From an uncultured Methanosarcinaceae archaeon (GTDB lineage Archaea > Halobacteriota > Methanosarcinia > Methanosarcinales > Methanosarcinaceae), in contig CAVRJG010000058.1 in the NCBI GenBank assembly GCA_963721455.1, forward strand, positions 1 through 11,251: a DNA stretch of 11,251 nt, in the 5' to 3' direction. Both the position numbers and the translations under genes were made by a program. This document shows positions 8,104-11,251 of this stretch, piece by piece. Every line of letters starts with the position of its first letter. The first letter of the stretch is position 1. The notes under the pieces are model-generated. The model had not been told where the DNA came from. It did not search any database and worked only from the letters and a program-made list of their open reading frames with translations.

Positions 8104-9154
8104 CGTATGCCTCCAGCCTGGCCCGTGCGGTCTTGATGGCGCGGTGCAGCCTTTCAGCCAGCAGTTCGCGGGGCGGCAGTTCTGTCAGATATTCAGCCAC
8201 ATGGATTCCTGAACGGTTCAGTTCCAGTAGCTCGATTTGTTCCTGTTTCTTTCCGGCGCAAAGGATGATCCCGAGGGGAGATTCTTCCCCTGGCTGTCTC
8301 TCATATTTGTCCAGCCAGCGCAGATAGAGTTCCATCTGGCCTTTGTATTCGGCCTTGAAATTTCCAAGCTTCAGATCGATAGCAATCAGCCTGTGCAGGG
8401 AGCGGTGATAGAAAAGAAGGTCAATATAAAAATCGTCATCATCAATCTGGATGCGCCGCTGTCTGGCTACAAAGGCAAATCCTGCACCAAGTTCCAGCAA
8501 AAAAGCTTCCAGTTCGCGCAGAATGGCGTCTTCCAGATCCTTTTCCAGATAACGGTCTTTCAAGCCAAGGAAATCGAGGACGTAGGGATCGCGGAAAACC
8601 AGTTCCGGACTCAATCTGTCCTGCTCGCGCAGGGTGGCAAGTTCGTGTTGAATTACCTCTTCCGGCTTGCGAGAAATGGCGGTGCGCTCATACAACATGG
8701 AATCAATGTGCTTTCGCAGAGTGCGCACACTCCAGCGCTCTATACGGCACATCTCAGCATAGAATTCGCGTTGAAGCGGGTCTTTTAATGGGATTAGAGC
8801 CAGGAAATGGGTCCAGCTCAATTGTCGTATCAGTGATACGATAATCTCTTCATCCGGGAATACTTCGGCAAATTGGATTATCCGGTGCAGGTTTTTCACT
8901 GAAAATCCGTTGCCATACTCAGCTGACAATTCTCGCCCCAGTGAGGCGACAATCTCCTGTCCGTATTCTGCTCTTTCCCCTCTCAGAATTTCCTCATGGA
9001 TGCGCTTACCAATATTCCAGTAGAGCATCGTCAGCCCGGCGTTAAAGGCAGTCGCCACCGCCGAACGAGTTTCTTCGATCATTTGACGAACATCGCTCAC
9101 CAGCAGGGAATTATTTAAAGCCGGCCCAATTTCCTGCTTGTCCTTGCGGATCAT
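8093..9154 (-). CDS. yhcG: DUF1016 / YhcG family PD-(D/E)XK nuclease-domain protein
   Basis: LYWNIGKRI, YGxGFSxxNL, LSWTHF, REFYAEMCRIERWSVRTL, FRDPYVLDFLGL, FLLELGAGFAFVARQ, FYIDLLFYHRSL, DLK, GQMELYL, GIILC. GGAGGG RBS and ATGA overlap with the upstream ORF. Confidence 0.92.
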   Translation of the reverse strand: MIRKDKQEIGPALNNSLLVSDVRQMIEETRSAVATAFNAGLTMLYWNIGKRIHEEILRGERAEYGQEIVASLGRELSAEYGNGFSVKNLHRIIQFAEVFPDEEIIVSLIRQLSWTHFLALIPLKDPLQREFYAEMCRIERWSVRTLRKHIDSMLYERTAISRKPEEVIQHELATLREQDRLSPELVFRDPYVLDFLGLKDRYLEKDLEDAILRELEAFLLELGAGFAFVARQRRIQIDDDDFYIDLLFYHRSLHRLIAIDLKLGNFKAEYKGQMELYLRWLDKYERQPGEESPLGIILCAGKKQEQIELLELNRSGIHVAEYLTELPPRELLAERLHRAIKTARARLEAYDDQ

Positions 9155-9517
9155 TGCTCTGTCCCTCCGGAGCTGTACTTATGAAGTTCCTTTTCAAATT
9201 TCTCGATTGTTGACAGGCTGGTAATTAGTGCAGCAAGCTGCTGCATAATTGAAAAGTCTAGCCAGGCAGCGGTAAAGGCTCTCATATACTTTTCCTTTAA
9301 TCTGGCAGATGCGGTCTGCCAAATTCCTGACAACAACTCTGTAAATTGTAGGGATGTTGTTCCCATAATTTTGGAAGTCTCTTCATGATAAACGGACGAG
9401 CTAAAATATCTCTGGCTCAATTGTCTCCTCACTGCGGAGACAATTCCCTCTTCGAATTGTCGTATCACTGATACAATAATTCCTTCACCAAATTGTCGTG
9501 ACAGTGACACTGCAATC
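8820..9517. repeat. Eight ~27-bp imperfect palindromes with AATT-like ends, each coding a 9-aa DUF1016 variable segment
   Basis: Units at 8820-8846, 8928-8954, 9223-9250, 9299-9325, 9344-9370, 9419-9445, 9455-9481 and 9491-9517. The last three have a 36-bp period. Example: AATTGTCTCC-tcactgc-GGAGACAATT, with perfect 10-bp arms. Confidence 0.85.
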
Positions 9518-9543
9518 TCTTTTCCATAGCCTGCTAGCTTCAT
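9151..9543 (-). CDS. 130-aa patchwork ORF of DUF1016 fragments (small protein or collapsed pseudogene)
   Basis: GYGKEIAVSLSRQF, IIVSVIRQF, IVSAVRRQLS, IWQTASARL, KYMRAFTAAWLDFSIMQQLAALI and SLSTIEKFEKEL all resemble DUF1016 segments. ATGA overlaps at both ends (9540-9543 and 9151-9154). Confidence 0.65.
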   Translation of the reverse strand: MKLAGYGKEIAVSLSRQFGEGIIVSVIRQFEEGIVSAVRRQLSQRYFSSSVYHEETSKIMGTTSLQFTELLSGIWQTASARLKEKYMRAFTAAWLDFSIMQQLAALITSLSTIEKFEKELHKYSSGGTEQ

Positions 9544-11251
9544 CGTTCACTTCTCCCGATGATCTCGTCCAGCAATCCTTCTGTCTCTTTCTCCAATGCA
9601 AGAATATCTGCGCGGATTTCCTCAAGCGAGCGCAGAGGCTGTGGCTTGTAGAAATAGCGGGTGAAGCTCACTTCGTAGCCTGTCTTGATGCTATTTTCGT
9701 CAATCCATGCGTCTGCGGCATGGGGCAGTACCTCACGCTGGATAAAAGCCTCGATACCACCCTGTTCGAGTAATGGAACCTGCTCAGTATCTCGTAGCTC
9801 GGTATCCGGCTCGTACTCAACCACACAGAGTTTGCCACTTACAGTAGCCTCGAAGCGACCATGCAGTGGATCGGCTTCAGCTTTTCCGGGCTTATGTACC
9901 TTTTTAATAACAGGTACTGCTGACTCATCTCGTTTGGCAAGGCTGTTCTGAAGAAGTTTGAGCTTTTTGGCAGTTAGTTTAAGTCCAGCTTTACCGGCAA
10001 GACCCTCAAAAGAAGAAAGGAAAGCATTGAAATCGTTGTGCGGGCCTGGACCAAGCTGAGCCGCCGCCGTATCGATAAGTGTGGCAAGCTGCTCTTCCCC
10101 TGCTTCGGTACAGATCTTCTGGAAGGTAACGATGGAATCCGGTTTGAGATCCACGGAAAGGCGCAGCGGCCTTTCAACTGTCACCTTCCAGTAGCCAAAA
10201 GCGGCATTTGGAAAGATCTTTGACTGCTCGGACTCCTCAAAAACGAGGAAAGTGTCGCAGATCTTCTGGATATCCTCCTCAGCCAGTTCACAGTTTTTCT
10301 TGCCCAGGTTCTTACGCAAAGGCCTGTACCACTGTGTCGCATCGATAAGCTGTACTCTGCCCTGCCTATGTTCAGGCTTGCGGTTTGTAAGAACCCAGAT
10401 ATAGGTCGCAATACCAGTGTTGTAAAACATGTTCAGGGGAAGGGCAACGATTGCCTCCAGCCAGTCATTCTCTATGATCCACCGGCGGATGTTGCTCTCT
10501 CCCTGGCCCGCATCGCCAGTAAAAAGCGACGATCCATTGTGAACTTCAGCGATCCGGCTTCCAGGTTTGGTGCCATGCTTCATTTTTGAGAGCATATTGA
10601 CCAGAAATAGCATCTGTCCGTCGCTCGAACGTGTAAGTAACGAGTACTCCGGATCACCTGCGTGCTCTATAACAAAACGAGGGTCTTTGATGCCATCTTT
10701 TCCGCCCATCCTCTCAAGGTCGCTCTTCCAGCTCTTGCCATAAGGAGGGTTTGAAAGCATAAAGTCGAACTCACGTGCCGGAAAAGCATCGTTAGCAAGG
10801 GTCGAATATTCAGGCCCGCCCACAAGGTTGTCTGCTTCGTCGCCTTCACCCTTGAGTAAAAGGTCGGCTTTGGCGATGGCATAAGTTTCGGCGTTAATTT
10901 CCTGGCCGTACAGGTGCGTAGCAACCTGCTTGCCGTGTTCCTCTGCAAGCTGCTTCAGTTCTTCTTCAGCCACGGTCAGCATACCGCCGGTTCCACATGC
11001 TCCATCGTAAAGCAAGTAGGTTCCTGACTCAATCTTGTCGGCTACTGGAAGGAAGATAAGTCGTGCCATCAGCTTTACAGCATCGCGGGGAGTCCAGTGC
11101 TCACCGGCTTCCTCATTATTTTCTTCATTGAAACGCCTTATAAGCTCCTCAAAGACAGTACCCATACCATGGTTGTCAAGGCCAGGAAGCTTCACCGATC
11201 CATTGCCATTCATAACCGGATTCGGACTCAGGTTTAGAGAAGGGTCAAGAA
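9540..11251 (-). CDS. hsdM: Type I restriction-modification N6-adenine methyltransferase subunit M (5' partial)
   Basis: GEHWTPRDAVKLM, YDGACGTGGML (motif I), LYGQE, SNPPYG (motif IV), MFYNTGIATYIW, and C-terminal EPDTELRDTEQVPL...GYEVSFTRYFY. The frame stays open to the window edge (LDPSLNLSPNPVMNG), so ATG 11213 is probably internal. Confidence 0.95.
   Translation of the reverse strand, partial: LDPSLNLSPNPVMNGNGSVKLPGLDNHGMGTVFEELIRRFNEENNEEAGEHWTPRDAVKLMARLIFLPVADKIESGTYLLYDGACGTGGMLTVAEEELKQLAEEHGKQVATHLYGQEINAETYAIAKADLLLKGEGDEADNLVGGPEYSTLANDAFPAREFDFMLSNPPYGKSWKSDLERMGGKDGIKDPRFVIEHAGDPEYSLLTRSSDGQMLFLVNMLSKMKHGTKPGSRIAEVHNGSSLFTGDAGQGESNIRRWIIENDWLEAIVALPLNMFYNTGIATYIWVLTNRKPEHRQGRVQLIDATQWYRPLRKNLGKKNCELAEEDIQKICDTFLVFEESEQSKIFPNAAFGYWKVTVERPLRLSVDLKPDSIVTFQKICTEAGEEQLATLIDTAAAQLGPGPHNDFNAFLSSFEGLAGKAGLKLTAKKLKLLQNSLAKRDESAVPVIKKVHKPGKAEADPLHGRFEATVSGKLCVVEYEPDTELRDTEQVPLLEQGGIEAFIQREVLPHAADAWIDENSIKTGYEVSFTRYFYKPQPLRSLEEIRADILALEKETEGLLDEIIGRSER

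Noticed and set aside
7478-8788. ORFs 7478-7768, 7684-7956, 7776-7970, 8027-8212, 8133-8327 and 8237-8788
   Set aside because: Antisense or alternate-frame overlaps of GIY-YIG and yhcG, with no motifs.
8890-8908. GGTTTTTCACTGAAAATCC palindrome in yhcG as a ninth unit
   Set aside because: It shares the CACTG centre but lacks the 27-bp AATT-bounded form and encodes the conserved GFSxxN motif, so it was left out of the count.
9223-9517. Palindrome array as CRISPR, integron attC or DGR template
   Set aside because: No constant repeat with spacers, no attC RYYYAAC/GTTRRRY ends, no cas, integrase or reverse transcriptase in the window, and the variation is not adenine-specific.
9498-10948. Small ORFs overlapping hsdM on both strands
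   Set aside because: Shadow ORFs within a strongly supported gene.

Overview
This is an accessory/defence-island window made of two blocks that meet near 7180. The left block (1-~7180, AT-rich by eye) is bracketed by two copies of the same gene 3' end (...FLRKWM*, 1-22 = 6791-6812). It holds two convergent TIR modules: a + strand operon of a TIR gene and a ~1,170-aa ParA/MinD-like + NB-ARC + 42-aa TPR gene broken by about 8 single-base frameshifts, and a - strand pair of an HD-domain gene and a ThsB/DUF1863-like TIR gene. The right block (- strand, more GC-rich) is a translationally coupled type I restriction-modification operon: hsdM (5' end off-window), a 130-aa patchwork ORF, yhcG/DUF1016, GIY-YIG/DUF4357 (one frameshift), and an hsdS cut off after about 18 codons. 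The most unusual signal is eight ~27-bp imperfect palindromes with AATT-like ends (two in yhcG, six in the upstream patchwork ORF). Each encodes a different 9-aa version of the DUF1016 variable segment, which suggests a cassette library, recombination-site array or operator array. The gene style is reminiscent of Methanosarcina, but that is an impression only. Family assignments come from motif recognition, not database searches.
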